NCBI RefSeq assembly: GCF_009914755.1
Contig: NC_060938.1
Source of the DNA: the human T2T-CHM13v2.0 reference genome, Homo sapiens
Reading direction: 5' to 3' (one strand)
Length of the DNA: 64,000 nucleotides
In this document: positions 1-20,550 of the stretch, one piece after another
How positions within the stretch are numbered: position 1 is the first letter of the stretch
Layout: each line of letters opens with the position of its first letter
The notes under the pieces: model-generated
Seen by the model: the letters and a program-made list of their open reading frames with translations, nothing else
Databases searched by the model: none
Told to the model about the DNA's origin: nothing
Position numbers and translations under genes: made by a program

Positions 1-399
1 ACATGGAGTCAAGACTTCAGCTTCCTTTTTTATCTGGGCACTGTATGCCAGCTTTGATAGAGTTCAGGTCACAGGAGATAGGTGCCGTTCAACCCAACTG
101 TTTTCAGTATATCTTGGCTTATTTAGTGCAAAAGTATACAAGTTAAACAAAGTACAAGATGTTTCTACTGGGCATTTATTTCAGCAAGCCCTGGCCACCT
201 CTCCACATGGGTTAATCACATTATACTTAAAACACATTATCCAATGGTCCAGGAGAAAAAAATTAAACATGCTGTCACTTTCACTTACCAGACATTATCT
301 CACACTAGAGACAAAGGAAAATATATATTACCTCAGATTTGGAAATTCAAAACCCTGCCTTACAATTTCCTTTATTACTGTATCTTAAAACCTCAACTA

Positions 400-690
400 G
401 GCCAGGTGCGAAGGCTCACGCCTGTAATCCCAGCACTCTGGGAGGCCGAGGTGGGTAGATCATGAGGTCACGAGTTCAAAACCAGCCTGGCCAACGTGGT
501 GAAACCCTGTCTCTACTAAAGACAAAAATTGGTGGTGGCAGGCGTCTGTAATCCCAGCTACTCGGGGGGCTGAGGCAAAGAACTGCCTGAACCCAGGAGG
601 CGGAGGTTGTAGTAAGCCGAGATTGCACCCCTGCACTCCAGCCTGGGAACAGAGCAAGACTATGTCTCAAAAAAAAAAAAAAAAAAAACC
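400..690 (+). mobile_element. Alu (S-type)
   Basis: GGCCAGG head, dimer, A-tail. Confidence 0.9.
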
Positions 691-1613
691 ACAACCATAA
701 CAACAAAAAAACCTAAAGTAGCCCCTGCATTCAATTCAAATTAAATGCCAATTCTATATACTAAATATGCTATATATGTAAAATTTCCCTTCTTTGCAGA
801 ATTTCAAAGACAAAAGTGACACTAGATGGCAGCAATGAGTTGTCAATTTTCTAAAAGGTTTACTAAATTTTCTGTATTCCAAAGTTTTCAGTCATTCACA
901 ATTTCTTAAGTTTCTGAATACTCTTTGGATACTATAAATTCCTCTGCATACTTGGATGATCTTCATTTGATCTAAGTTGTTGAACACACTTCAAGTCTTA
1001 TTTTGCCTATTTAGGTCCGGCTACCCTATCCCACATTACTCTCTATCTGGTCACCATTTTTGTACCCTGCTTCCTATGGATCTTATTGCTTTCAACTACT
1101 TCCCTCTGGCCTCTTCAGAGGCCAACAATGCCTGGAAAAATATGTGCATTTTAATTTGCTGAACTGCCAAGAATCATTAGCTCATTTAATCAAAAACAGT
1201 ATCTCAAGGTAAATACTGTGAGAGTAATCTCTGAGAAAACAGTAATACCTGGGGATATTACTAAGACATTTTCAGCCTATGAAGAAACAAAGTTGGCTAC
1301 TTTTAGAACACATTATGTTAACTGCTATGTTTAAGTATTAGAACTAAGAATACCTAAGACCTTGTACATCATGGTGGGAAAATGAATAATTCAATACATG
1401 GTACTACTAGGTAGCCATCTTTTTCAAAAATTGGAACCAACCTCACTCTAAATCCTAATATAAATACAAATCGTGTAAAACTGCACACGCAAAGGTCAAA
1501 ACCCAAATGAAATAAAACAACTCTCAAAAGGAAGAGTAACAAAATTTAAAAATGGCAGGAAATCCAAACAAATGGATCATAAATATAATCATATATAATA
1601 ATAATAAGGTGTG

Positions 1614-1900
1614 GGGCCAGGCAAGGTGGCTCACGCCTGTAATCCCAGCACTTTGGGAGGCCAAGGCAGGAAGATCACGAGGTCAAGAGGTGGAGACCAA
1701 ACTGGTCAACATAGTGAAACCCCATCTCTACAAAAAATACTAAAAATTAGCTGGGCGTGATGTCAAGCGCCTATAATTCCAGCTACTCTGGAGACTGAGC
1801 TAGAAGAATCGCTTGAACCCAAGACGCGGAGGTTGCAGTGAGCCTAGATCGTGCCACTGCACTCCTGTCTGGTCGTCAGTGCAAGACTCCGTCTCAAAAA
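1614..1900 (+). mobile_element. Alu
   Basis: Full dimer. Confidence 0.9.
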
Positions 1901-3444
1901 GATGTTAAGACACATTATTTAAAATTTATTTACATTGGTGAGGACTTAACACCAATTTAACATATGAGAGTACTGTCGATGTATGCTAAAAGCGCCAGGT
2001 AAAACTTGGTGAGTGGAGTACAGGATTTGCAAACAGATACTCTATAATTACATAGGGGGAAAATGTATCTTTACAATGAAGACCTGGAGGTCTCAACCTA
2101 AACTAAGGGATCATAGTTAGAAAGTTGTAGGACAACCTAACATTGCATGCCTCCTGATGTGACACACTTAAACACGCATTATCACCTACGCATTATTCTC
2201 ACCAAGCTATCTTTCTAGAATCTATATATGGGGGAAACAATCAGACAATTTCAAGTTTGTGGGCAATCACAATACAACTGGTTTGGACACCTCAAAAAAT
2301 AAAAACTAGGGGCCTTTTTCTAGATTAAAAAAGCAGTGCCGGCATGGCCAATGTGGTGAAACCCCATCTCTACTAACAATACAAAGATAAGCTGGGTGTG
2401 GTGGCACATACCTGTAGTCCCAGCTACTTGGGAGGCTGAGGCAGGAGAATTGCTTGAACCCTAGAAGTGGAGGCTGCAATGAGCGGAGATCAAGCCACCT
2501 CACTGTCTCAAAAAGGAGAGGTGGGGGGGTGGGCAGTGTGTGAATTCTGACTGAACACTAGACTGGGCAAAAGAGACATTTTTATCTAGATAATTTTACT
2601 ATCAATTGTTTAATTACTGAATTGATGTTCATTATTCTTTTGATAATATTTTGGTGGCATGTATTTCCTTTATTCTTAGGAGATGCAGCCACATGGAAGC
2701 TCCTAACTTCAGTGCGTATCATGTTTGCTGAAGTATCATGTCAACAAACTTTGAAATCATTCAGGAGAAAAGTGTAGAGGACAAACATGGCAGTTGCTAT
2801 CCGAAGAGTGGGGCTTACACAGGAATGGTTTATTCTATGTATGTATATATTGTGTTCAAAAGTTTTCTTAAGATGCTATATATAGCAGATTCAAAAATGA
2901 TATACACCAGATTGCACACTTCACCAAATTTCCAAAGAAAAGATTACATCTTTTTTTCTGTCAAATCTGCTTATGTAACAATGATCATGCAATGAAGTGA
3001 AGGAAAAGAAACTGGCATTTCCATTGTTTTAACTAACTAAACCAGTACACGTTTTGTAGGCTCATATGAAAATTCTCAATAAAAGGTATCAAGCAATGGG
3101 ACGGTAGGTCCCTATATCTGTATTCATTAATCAACTGAGGATATTCAATTTCAAGTACTTCCATGTTTGCTTGGAACTGAATCTTTTATATAAATCTGTG
3201 ACAAAAGATACTTGACAGCCATTAAACAAAAACATGGTAGAATACTTACTGACTGGAAAACATCTACCACGTAGAGGTTCTAACACTATAATAATTACAT
3301 ATTAGTAAAATATACATATATATATACCTGTAGCTACATAAGACAGAGAACAAAACATAAAAATGTTGATGGTGGTTACCTCTGAGTGCTGATGACATAA
3401 GTAAATGAGTAAATACTATTTTTATCTGCATATTTCCTCCAAGT

Positions 3445-3712
3445 TTTTTTTTTTTTTAAGACGAAGCTTAGCTCTTGTTGCCCAGGCTGGATTGCAGTGT
3501 TGCGATCTTCGATCACTGCAACCTCTGCCTTCCGAGTAGCTGGGACTACAGGCGCCCGCCACCACATCCGGATAATTTTTTGTACTTTTAGTAGAGATGG
3601 GGTTTCACCATGTTGACCATAGCTGGTCTCCAACTCCTGACCTCAGGTGATCCGCCGACCTCCACGTTCCAAAAGTGCAGGGATTATAGGCGTGAGCCCC
3701 CACGCCTGCCCG
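3445..3712 (-). mobile_element. Alu
   Basis: T-tract followed by antisense Alu body. Confidence 0.88.
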
Positions 3713-4199
3713 CAAGTTCTCTCTATAAAGCACTTTTATAATCAAAATTGTTTCCTTTCAATGTATGAGTGATGTAATGCAACAAATAAAAAATTAAGGT
3801 CTTAAAACATCTCGATGTAAAAAACTAATTCATGTCATTTAATTTCCCCCGAGGTCCCTCAAAAGATGCTAAAAATTCCATTTAAGGTATCCTTTCTCAC
3901 TTACCAATGGTGGAGCTTTTGAATTGCCAAAGTCAGAGAACTCACAATCTAATGATATACGATTCTAAATCATAGTTGACTCTTTAATTCTTCCCTTAGC
4001 TCTATTCTTGGAATTACATTCATCAGTAAACCAATTAATCACACATTGCTTAATGACAGGGAAATGCATGAGAATTGTATCGTTATGCAATTTTGTCACT
4101 GTGTTAATGTCGTAAGAGTGTAGTTACCCAATACCAAGCTAGATAGTGTAGCCTACCACACACCTAGCCTGTATCGTATAGCCTATTGCTCCCAGACTA

Positions 4200-4925
<726 letters not shown>

Positions 4926-5224
4926 TTCAAAAACGGTATACCTATATAAAGCACTTACCATGAATGGAGCTTTTAGGACTGAACGTTGCTTTTGGTGACT
5001 GTACTGAGTGAGTGGTGGGTTTGAAGCCCTAAGACATTACCATACACTACTGTGGACTTTATAAACATGGTACACTTAAGGCTACAGTAAGTTTGTAAAA
5101 CAAATTTTTCTTTTCTTTAATATACTAACCTTATTTAGTTTACTAACATTTTTACTTTGAAAAAACTAAGACATAAACATTAGCCTAAGCCTATAGGTGT
5201 TCAGGATCAGCAAGATGTCACTAG

Positions 5225-5535
<311 letters not shown>

Positions 5536-5689
5536 TGCTCCATTATAATCTTAAGGGGCCATAATATATGTGGTCTGTCATTCACCAAAACATCTATGCA
5601 GCACACGGCTCTATATTTTTCTTTGACAAAACATTTCATTCAAACTCTTCCCCATCCTAGCCATCTATGAAAATAAATGATGCCTCAAA

Positions 5690-5994
5690 GGCTGGGCGCG
5701 GTGGCTCATGCCTATAATCCCAGCACTTTGGAAGGCCGAGGCTGGTGGATCACGAGGTTAAGAGATCAAGACCATGCTGGCTAACATGGTGAAACTCCGT
5801 CTCTACTAAAAATACAAAAACAAAAAAATTAGCCGGGCGTGTTGGCGGGTACCTGTAGTCCCAGCTACTTGGGAGGCTGAGGCAGGAAAATGGCGTGAAC
5901 CCGGGAGGCAGAGCTTGCAGTGAGCTGGAGATTGCGCCACTGCACTCCAGCCTGGGAGACAGAGTGAGACTCCGTCTCAAAAAAAAAAAAAAAA
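5690..5994 (+). mobile_element. AluY-like
   Basis: AATGGCGTGAACCCGGG and GAGCTTGCAG Y diagnostics. Confidence 0.88.
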
Positions 5995-6147
5995 GTCGTC
6001 TTATAACAAATAAAAGTCTGCCAATTTCCCTTTAACACAGTACTCCAAATTTTGAGTTCCCTTGGAAAAGAAAGGAATAATCTGGATGCTCTCCAGATGC
6101 TACTTTTCTGTTTACTTTGGCACTGTCAACACATACAGGAACAATTA

Positions 6148-6543
6148 CAACTGACCTTGAACAATATGGGTTTATACATGGATTTTCTTCAGCCTAAACC
6201 ACCCAAGACAGTAAGACCAAGCCTTCATCTTCCCCTCAGCCTATTCAATGTGAGGACAATGAAGAAGACATTTGTGATGATTTACTTCTACTTAACAAAG
6301 TCAATATATCTTCTGCTCCTTAATAACTTTTTCTTTTCACTAGCTCACTTTCTTGTAAGAATACAGTATATAATGTATAATATACTGAATCTGTGTTAAT
6401 TAACTTTATCAGTAAGGCTTCTACTCAGCAGGAGCTCATCAGTAAAGTTTTTGGAGAGTTCAAAGTAATATGTGGATTTTTTATTTTTGAGGGGGTGCTG
6501 GCAGCTGGTGCCTTAATACCCCTTGTGTTAAGGGTCAACTGTA
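6148..6543 (+). mobile_element. Tigger2a (MER28-type) non-autonomous DNA transposon
   Basis: Terminal inverted repeats CAACTGACCTTGAACA ... TGTTAAGGGTCAACTG flanked by TA. Confidence 0.75.
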
Positions 6544-6895
6544 AATATAAGAATCCTTATTTATCAATGTAATCCTAACCTCTATGTTTTGACAACTCTT
6601 GTTGGACTTTTCATTAAGTACAGGGCTTAGCAGTTCGTATTTCATCCTCTTCTACCTAGTTCATAATCACTAAAGATCACATATAGCTCCAGCGTTAAGA
6701 AAATTTCAGCCTTTGATTTTGCTGTAAAGTATAAACAACCCCTCTCAATTATGTATCCTTCACTGATAGGACATAACCTCATGAGTCTCATCATTACCGA
6801 ATTTTCCTTCAATACAAAAGTTTTTCGTGACATATTTCAATTTTTGAACAATAATAATTAGTAAAGTCAATCTCAAATAAGAAGCTGTCCTACAT

Positions 6896-6978
6896 TATTT
6901 TTTGTACCCTGAAAAGTTATACTCTGGTTTAGTTTTCTATTTTTTGTACCCCGAAAAGTTACACTCTGGTTTCATTTT
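6896..6978. repeat. Two-copy 42-bp tandem duplication
   Basis: TTTTTTGTACCCYGAAAAGTTAYACTCTGGTTT repeated; GTACC at 6904 and 6946. Confidence 0.9.
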
Positions 6979-7079
6979 TAGCACAACTGAGTATGTTTAA
7001 AAAAATAAATCAAAATTTTAGGTAACTCATACTTCCAAATTGAAGTAAACTGAAAGTGGATACAAAAATACCTATCCTT

Positions 7080-7755
7080 GGCTGGGTGTGGTGGCTCACA
7101 CCTGTAATCCCAGCACTTTGGGAGGTTGAGGCCAGTGGAACACTTGAGGACAGGAGTTCAAGACCAGCTTGACTAACATGGTGAAACCCCATCTCTACTA
7201 ACATGGTGAAACCCCATCTCTACTAAAAATACAAAAAAAAAAAAAAAAATTAGCCAAGCATGGTGGCAAGCGCCAGTAATGCCAGCTACTTGGGAGGCCG
7301 AGGCATGAGAAAGAATCGCCAGAACATGGGAGGCGGAGGTTGCAGTGAGCCGAGATCACGCCACTGCACTCCAGCCTCGGCGATGCAGTAAGATTACATC
7401 ATAAAAAAGAAAAAAAAAACCCGTATCATCACAAATTCAAGCCATGTCCACTATGACCGAACCTTAAAATGAGGTCACATTTTAAATAGAGTATAAACAA
7501 AAAACTTTTGGAGGCTGAGGTGGGAGATTGCTTGAGCCCAGGAGTTAAGAGACCAGACTGGCCAACAACGTAAGCAAGACCTTATCTCCACCAAAATTAA
7601 AAATAAAATAACGCCCAGGTAACTTTGTTGTACTTTTAGTACAGACGGGGTTTTGCCATGTTGCCCAAACTGCTCTCAAATGCCTGGTTTCAAGTATCTC
7701 CCCATCTCAGCCTCCAAAATTTGGGATTACAGGCGTGAGCCCCTGCAACCAGCCT
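7080..7755. mobile_element. Alu (+, 7080-7415, internal 25-bp duplication) followed by opposed Alu monomers (+ 7503-7610, - 7613-7755)
   Basis: Alu motifs; AACATGGTGAAACCCCATCTCTACT repeated at 7175 and 7200. Confidence 0.85.
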
Positions 7756-7789
7756 AGACACATGTGTTTCAAGATCAACAACTTGCTAG

Positions 7790-7960
7790 TGGCATGCACT
7801 TTCTTTGGGAAGTCAATCTCTTTGAAAATCAGCTTCCTTATCTGTAAAATGAGTATCATTGATAGTATTTGTCTCACAGGATAGGAATGAAGCATAAATG
7901 AAACAAGGTACACAAAACACTGGAAAAGATGGTAACTGGCACTTAACAAGTGCCGCTGCT
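7790..7960 (+). mobile_element. MIR fragment
   Basis: CTTCCTTATCTGTAAAATGAG core motif. Confidence 0.6.
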
Positions 7961-8701
7961 GCTACTGTTATCATTTACTGTTATTGGCACATACCAACAA
8001 AAAATGGCCCAAGGACACAAACAGGTGACTAACAATACTAAAGGTATATGAAGATTAAAAAGATTAACACTATCAAGGAAATATAAATTAAACCAAGTAC
8101 CATGTTCCACCTACCAAACAAGCAAATACATTTTTAATTACAGTGTCTACTGCAAGCAATGGTCAAAATAAATGGTCCGTATGAACCCATACTGCATTTC
8201 CAGAAAACGGGATCATTACATCAAAAGTTTTAAAACTGCGTGTTTTTTGACTCAGTAATTTTAACTTTGAGAATTCATCTGAAAGAAACAATGGTGTGGA
8301 CACATTAACAGTAAAAAAGGAGAAAACAAGTGCCTGACAATGAGTACAAATTATTTCAGTGCAGCAATCCAATGGAATGCAATTTAAATGACACGTGACA
8401 TTGACGTGGAGGAGCATAACCAAAGTATGTACAAGTTATCTAGAAGATTACATACCAAGGTGACATCTAAGGATGGGATGGGGTTTTGAGTTTTTTAAAT
8501 TTTTCTCAACTTTTCACTAATAATACATAATGCTTTTGTAATTTTTCCTTCTGCAAAGATAGCAAAATGCTACCCTGAAACTTAGTCATCATGATACACA
8601 GATAACTGAGTCAGCAAAGCTCTTCTGCAAAACCCTAAGCAAAAACTGGGCCCTTCTCTTCCCCAAGAGCAATTCAGAACTAAACAGAATCAAGGAATTG
8701 G

Positions 8702-9028
8702 GGCTGGGCGCAGTGGCTCACGCCTGTAATCCTGCCAGCACTCTGGGAGGCCGAGGCAGGTGGATCACCAGAGGTCAGGAGTTTGAGACCAGCCTGACCA
8801 ACATGGTGAAACCCTATCTCTACTAAAAATACAAAAAAAAAAAAAAAAATTAGCCAGGTGTGGTGGCACGTGCCTGTAATCCCAGCTACTTGGGAGGCTG
8901 AGGCTAGAGAATTGCTTGAACCGGGAAGCAGAGATAGCAGGGAGCCTAGATCTCGCCACTGCACTCCAGCCTGGGCAACAAGAGCGAAAACTGTGTCTCA
9001 AAAACAAAAAAAAAAAAAAAAAAAAAAG
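8702..9028 (+). mobile_element. Alu with TSD AGAATCAA(G/T)GAATTGGG
   Basis: Full dimer and flanking direct repeat. Confidence 0.9.
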
Positions 9029-9447
9029 AATCAATGAATTGGGTACCTCTAGATTCACTGAACATTGTATTACATATTTTGGGGTCTATTAGCCATTGGA
9101 AGTCCCAAATTACATAGAAATTTCTCTCTACATTCTCAACCTTCACATTTCACTGTGCCATCATTAAAGTGTTTCGGGGGTGTTACGACATAAAAGTCCA
9201 TCATACTCTAACGTAGAGCAACTTCTGTTTGGAAAACACTTTTTAAAGAAAGGTTCCAGAATCTGTAAGTATCCAACAAACACCAGGAATATTTTAAAGA
9301 ATGCTTTACCTAGGTTAAGATTTAATATTTCAAAATGACTTCAGTAAGGTCAATACATCTTTACTGAGAACTGAATCAAGAGAATATGCAATATGCAAAA
9401 ATAATAAAACACAGGAAGGTCTTATTTCTAATATAACTGATAATCTA

Positions 9448-9712
<265 letters not shown>

Positions 9713-10391
9713 TCAGTCAGCAATTTCCTTGCAAATGGTTCAGCAAAAAAATAAAATGAAACATGGCAATCCTGGTGGAAGGTATATTAAGAATTCATTA
9801 GACTGTTCTGTATGTTTACATATTTTCCTTAAAACACTCAAGGAAAAAAATTATAACTATGACAGATCTACCTTGATTCACAAGGTATTTTGAATGTTAA
9901 TCTCAGCTTTCATAACCAAGAATGGTTATATCACGCCAAGATATATGATCTGCATTAAGAGTTCAGATAATTCAAAGCACGTATTTCAGAACAGCATATG
10001 TATCTCCAGCCTGCCAGCTTTGAAATTTTTAATTCTGTTTGTAATTTAGAAGTCATTATTTCAAATTTTGCAAATAAAATGTCATGTTTTATATTGTATT
10101 ATTTCCAATGTAAAGTAAATGTGGCTACACTGTAGTCTTCAACATTCTCCACAAACATCAAAAACCACTCCTGCCAAAAAGTCCACCGAAATTTGTAATT
10201 CCCAAGCCAAGTAATAAAAAAGGAGTGAAAAGTGTTCTAGATTCGTTCTTTTCAATGTGCATATCGGTACCACTGGGGTAGGGTGAGACTCTATTCCTAG
10301 GTAGCTCCCAGATGGTGATGATGCTATGCTGGAGCACAGGCTATTTTCTGAATAGAAAGGGCCAACATTCATTCTCAAGACTTCCATTTCC

Positions 10392-11132
<741 letters not shown>

Positions 11133-11724
11133 TTAGAAATACTATGCTTTTTTTGTTGTGTAGCATCTGGGAGAGCACAGTTACCACATCAAATATTTCT
11201 GCAGGAATACATATAAATTTTCAGTAAATTTCACACATAGAACATAAATAATCTCACATCAGTTAAGATCAGTTTTTTTTGCCAAATTGAGTCTTGGTGT
11301 CAAATGCAAAATTTGTCAGAGATTTTAAAATTTCTAAATTATGGATAAGATTTTAGACAGGTATAACAAAATAATAACCTAGCAGCCCAGAATAATTTTT
11401 AACAAGGATATTTGGCTTAAAGTTATTACAGTATTCTCTTAAACAGCCAAAACAGGAGATTATATCTAAATTTGAGAATAGTAAAAGGTTTGATTTTTAT
11501 CACCAATGAGTATAACCATAAGACCCCCAACTCCTAAGAAAATTTCAAAACCTACCTTTAGTAAACAACACTTCCAAAATTCCATACAGGACTGTTAGCA
11601 AAAGAACAAATAAACAAAAAGACCCCACCAACCATGTTATCCCCGTAGAAATAAAACAGCATTGAGGAATGCCTTACTCAGTTCTCAGGGTAGTACTTCT
11701 GATACTAAATGGACTTGTTGGTCT

Positions 11725-12025
11725 TTTTTTGTTGTTGTTTTTGTTTTAAGTCTCACAATATCACCCAGGCTGGAGTGCAGTGGCAGTATCTTGGCTCACT
11801 GCAACCTCTGCCTCCTGAGTTCAAGGGATCCTTCTGCCTCAGACTTCCAAGTAGCTGGGATTACACACATGCACTGCCCTACCCAGGTAATTTTTTTGTA
11901 TTCTTAGCAGAGACAGGGTTTCACCACATTGGCCAGGCTGGTCTCGAACTCCTGGCCTGAAGTGATGTGCCCACCTTGGCCTCCCAAAGAGCTGGCATTA
12001 CAGGCATGAGCCACCATGCCAGGCC
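11725..12025 (-). mobile_element. Alu (older S/J type)
   Basis: Antisense dimer. Confidence 0.85.
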
Positions 12026-12302
12026 TCTAAATATGTTTAGTATTAAAATAGTTAATTTATTAAACGTTTTTGGTGGGATAATTGTGGTTAAGTCCTAATT
12101 CTTTTTAAAATACACACTGAAATATCTACAGATGAAATGTATCAAGAATTTGCTTCAAAATAACATGGGAAGGGGGTGGATGGGGAGATGTAGATACAAA
12201 CAAAAAGGCTGGCCAAGGATTATTAAAGTGAGACAAGTACATGGAAGTTCATTATACTATTCTCTTTTGTGTATGTGAAATTTTTTCACAATTAAAAGAT
12301 AG

Positions 12303-12898
<596 letters not shown>

Positions 12899-13196
12899 GA
12901 TAGCACCAAAGATGTGCATGCACCTGAAAACAAAAATTACATGTGAATCTCAAACTATACACAGAAATATAGACAACATTGTATCAATGTTTCACTCAAA
13001 ATCTATCAACATTTTTACTATTCAACTTAAAAACTTAGCAAATCCTTCAGAATAATACAGGGTCAAATCTTAAAGCAAAAGATCCAAAGTAATTCACAAA
13101 ACTAGAAATTAAGTATTAGTGGCCGCTAACACTGCCAATAAATTGCTAAACTTATTAGCTTCTGGAGAACAAACTTAAGAACTTTTTAAAATGTGC

Positions 13197-14360
13197 GGCC
13201 AGGCGCGGTGGCTCAGGCCTGTAATCCCAGCACTTTGGGAGGCTAAGGCGGGCAGATCACGAGGTCAGCAAATCGACACCATCCTGGCTAACACGGTGAA
13301 TCCCCGTCTCTACCAAAAAAAAATTAAAAAATTAGCTGGGTGTGTTGGCACGCACCTATAGTCCCAGCTACTCAGGAGGCTGAGGCAGGAGAATGGCATG
13401 AACCCGGGAGAGGGAGCTTGCAGTGAGACCATGCCACTGCACTCCAGCCTGGGCTAGAGTGAGATTCCGTCTCAAAAAAAAAAAAAAAAAAAGTGCATAC
13501 TCTGCCCACCTCCCCGGCAAAAAAGATGTGCATACCCTTGAATAATTATATTTCTGGGGCTTAAATGTAAGAAAATAAAGATATGCACAACTGTAGTTTT
13601 GACTGTCCAAAGCTTTGTTTACAAAAGAAAAAATGGGGACGAGTACAACAGTGTATTGGTAAAATAAAATATAGTACAAGTATACAATGTACCATGTAGT
13701 ATTATAGAGTATATAATACTATGTAACTACTACAAATTTTTCAGAGATCTGTATCTACTAACATAAGCTATTCAGGTTAAATTTAAAATTATTACTTAAA
13801 TATATATGCTGTATGACAGTGCTTTTTGAAGTTTATATAAGCCCCAAAAAGCCTGGAAGAACACCCCAAATGTTATCTTTGGATAGCTGTATTTTCTAAA
13901 AATGTTCTATGAGCATGTATTACTTTATTCGGATCAAAGGTAAAATAAAGATGAGGTACCTCCTCTCCCAAATCCACATCAATCTTCAGTCACTTGACTA
14001 GTATTCCTTTTCAAAGGAGTAATAAAACTCCATTTTAGCAAGCTGCGGTGGCTCACGCCTGTAATCCCAGCACTTTGGGAGGCCGAGATGGGCGGATTGC
14101 CTGAGGTCGCGAGTTCGAGACCAGCCTGGCCAGCATGGTGAAACCCTGTCTCTTGTAAAAATACAAAAATTAGCCAGGCGTGGTGGCAGGCGCCTGTAAT
14201 CCCAGCTACTCGGGAAGCTGAGGCAGGAGAATCACTTGAATCCGGGAGGCGGAGGTTGCGGTAGGCGGAGGTTGCGGTGAGCCAAGATCGTGCCATTGCA
14301 CTCCAGCCTGGGCAACAGAGCGAGACTCTAGTCTCAAAAAAAAAACAAAAAAAAAAACCA
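13197..14360 (+). mobile_element. AluY (13197-13493) and AluS (14040-14360)
   Basis: Dimers; the second has TSD AAAACTCCATTTTA and an internal 16-bp duplication. Confidence 0.88.
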
Positions 14361-15577
14361 GAAAAACTCCATTTTAAACAGCATAGCCATAACTCTAGCA
14401 TGAATTCCACAAACTTAAGGGTAATAGCATGAGAAAACTTTTCTTCTCGCTCTGAAGCTAGAAAACCCACTTATGTGAAGATTTTATTTAAAGGATCAAT
14501 ATAGGGAGTGACAATGCATTATGAATAGTTTATCCTCTTCAGAATACCTATTTTAGTTAGAGGACTGGAGGAAAATTTTTGTTCAAAATGTACTCTACTA
14601 AACTCCTAAATGTTATTCAAGACTAGCCAGAAAAGCCTAAATCTGGTTCAATGAACTCCTGGAGTTTTTTCAGTTTTAAAATCAACTCAGGAGCCATAGG
14701 TCAATATAATTAGAAAACAGGAAGAATATTTCAGACTGGTAAAGTCAGAATCAGATTAGGTAGAAATAATAAAAAAAAAGTTCTCTAATTCACTCTACCT
14801 CTTACAAATAGCCATGCTTTCTCAGTAGAGAATACATATTTTTAAAATGGTCAAGCTCTCCCAAATGTTGATACAGGCAACACGGTAGTCTATGTGCTCA
14901 AATGCTAACTCGACTCTATCACAGCTAAACCTTTTAAAGCAGTTTCTTCAACTATTAACACTGCTTACTAAACCCCTATTACACAGACTAGCTATGCTAT
15001 TTATGCCCACACAGAATCACAAGAGTTGATGTACATTTTTAAGCTTTTTAATTAGAAGGAAAATACTACCACATTGATCATTATAATAGTCTTAAGCACA
15101 TAGTACACAAGTTTCAAATCTCCTAAATCCCACTTCTTGCCCAGAGGCAATCAATGTTAATTGTTTGGCATATGTATTTCTGGACATATCTCTTATGTCT
15201 TTACATAGAAAAAAACAAATTCTACAGTTGGTGATAAGTGCTAAAGAGTATTTAGGAGAAGGGGAGCTTAAAGCGCTAAATAAGGGAAGACACATCACTA
15301 AGGGGGTAGCTTCTGAGTAAAAAGTCTCAGAGGAACTGAGGAACCAAACTGTATGAGTCAGAGAAAATTCCAAGGAAAAGCCCTAAAGTGGAAACATATC
15401 CAATGTGTTCAATACAGTTAAGAAGGCCAGTGTGGCTGAAGCACAGTATATTAACAGCAAGGGAAGGGACACAACAAATCACGTGGGATGCCCTGTAAAT
15501 CACAGAAAAATTTTTGACTTCAATGCTGAAAAAGGCAGCCATTAGGTTGTTTGTTTTCAGGCAAAACATTTTTCAAT

Positions 15578-17817
<2,240 letters not shown>

Positions 17818-19245
17818 TTCAACATATCAAAGTGACGAAAGGAGTCTACTATCATTAAGTGTTGAAATCTGCACCCTTAATCCCAGGGTTGAATCCATGC
17901 TAAACCACTAAAGCAGTTTAACTTTAGGCAAGTTATTTAAATTCTGTACTCCAATATTCTCACCTCTAAAACATGAATAACAGTATCTACTCCTACTCAA
18001 GGTTTTGATGATGATTAAGTTAACACAAACTCACAACTTTAACAGTGTTGGACATAGTCAAGTGTTTAGAATACTTCCATAAATTAATGTCCTGCTACTT
18101 TTTTCTGCCAAATCAGAAAGCCATTATATGACCCAACAAGGTATCAGAAATAATTAGTAATTTCCTGGAGCCTCATCAGTTCTCAACCTATCTTACTCAG
18201 ACTGATTTTGCTCATTAATACACCCAATAAAAACTCATTTGAAAAACCAGGGCAAGTTATTGTTAGGCTTGGGATGATTATTTTCTTCAAGAGATTGAGA
18301 CAGTGGCCTACTCTAATAGGTCTCCAAACTTACTGCCCTACTTGCCCTCTTAGTTCTCATCACTAATATTCCCTACACAACAGAAGATAAACCAGACCTC
18401 TTCTTCAAAATCCTTCAATAGATTCTACTTGTGCCCAAGACAGGATCTTAAACAAGACCCTCTAAGGTCCCGTGCTATGAAATGTTTGGTCCTTGCCTAC
18501 CTCTCTAACTCCATCCCTCATCTATGTATTCTTGGTAATTATTTTCCAGTATTATTTCTTACTTGGAGGCCAAGTCTTGTTCCCCCTCATTATCTGTGCT
18601 TTCACATATGGTTTTCTTACAGAATGAGCTTCACCATTAGCTACTTCCACGTAGCTAAGCTTCCCTGGCAGCATCCCCCAAATTCCATGTTCTAATTTTG
18701 GTTCCCTTGCCATCTTCTCATCCACGCTCTTCTTTTCCTTCATCGATCCTTACTGTGAAAAGTGCCATTTACTTTGTTTCTTCCCTCAATGATCTATAAT
18801 ATCTAAGAGGGCAGGGGACATGTTTTGTTCATCCCTATATGCCCAAACCTAATGATTTTCAAATAGTACTCAGATACTTAATAAAACATCTTATACTTGA
18901 ATGTTCCTTGAATACCTCCAAGATGTTTAAAATATTCTTTTTCCCACCCTCAAACTATAATCTGCTCCCTTCATTCATTCCCCAATATCTATCCCTATCC
19001 CAGAAGCTAGAAACCAGCAATCATGCCAAATCTGTGTTCTTGTCCACCTTATCACATCCATCCTGAGATGCTCCTAATTTTACCTCCTAATCTCTAATCT
19101 CATAGCATTACCTTTGTCCAAGCCAGGTCGTTATTCTTTCTTGGATTTTAATATCTCCTTTATTAATCTCCTACTTCCAATCTCATTTCCTCTACACCAT
19201 TTCCATACTGTTATTAGAAAGACATTCCTAAAAATTAAAATCTTC

Positions 19246-20550
<1,305 letters not shown>

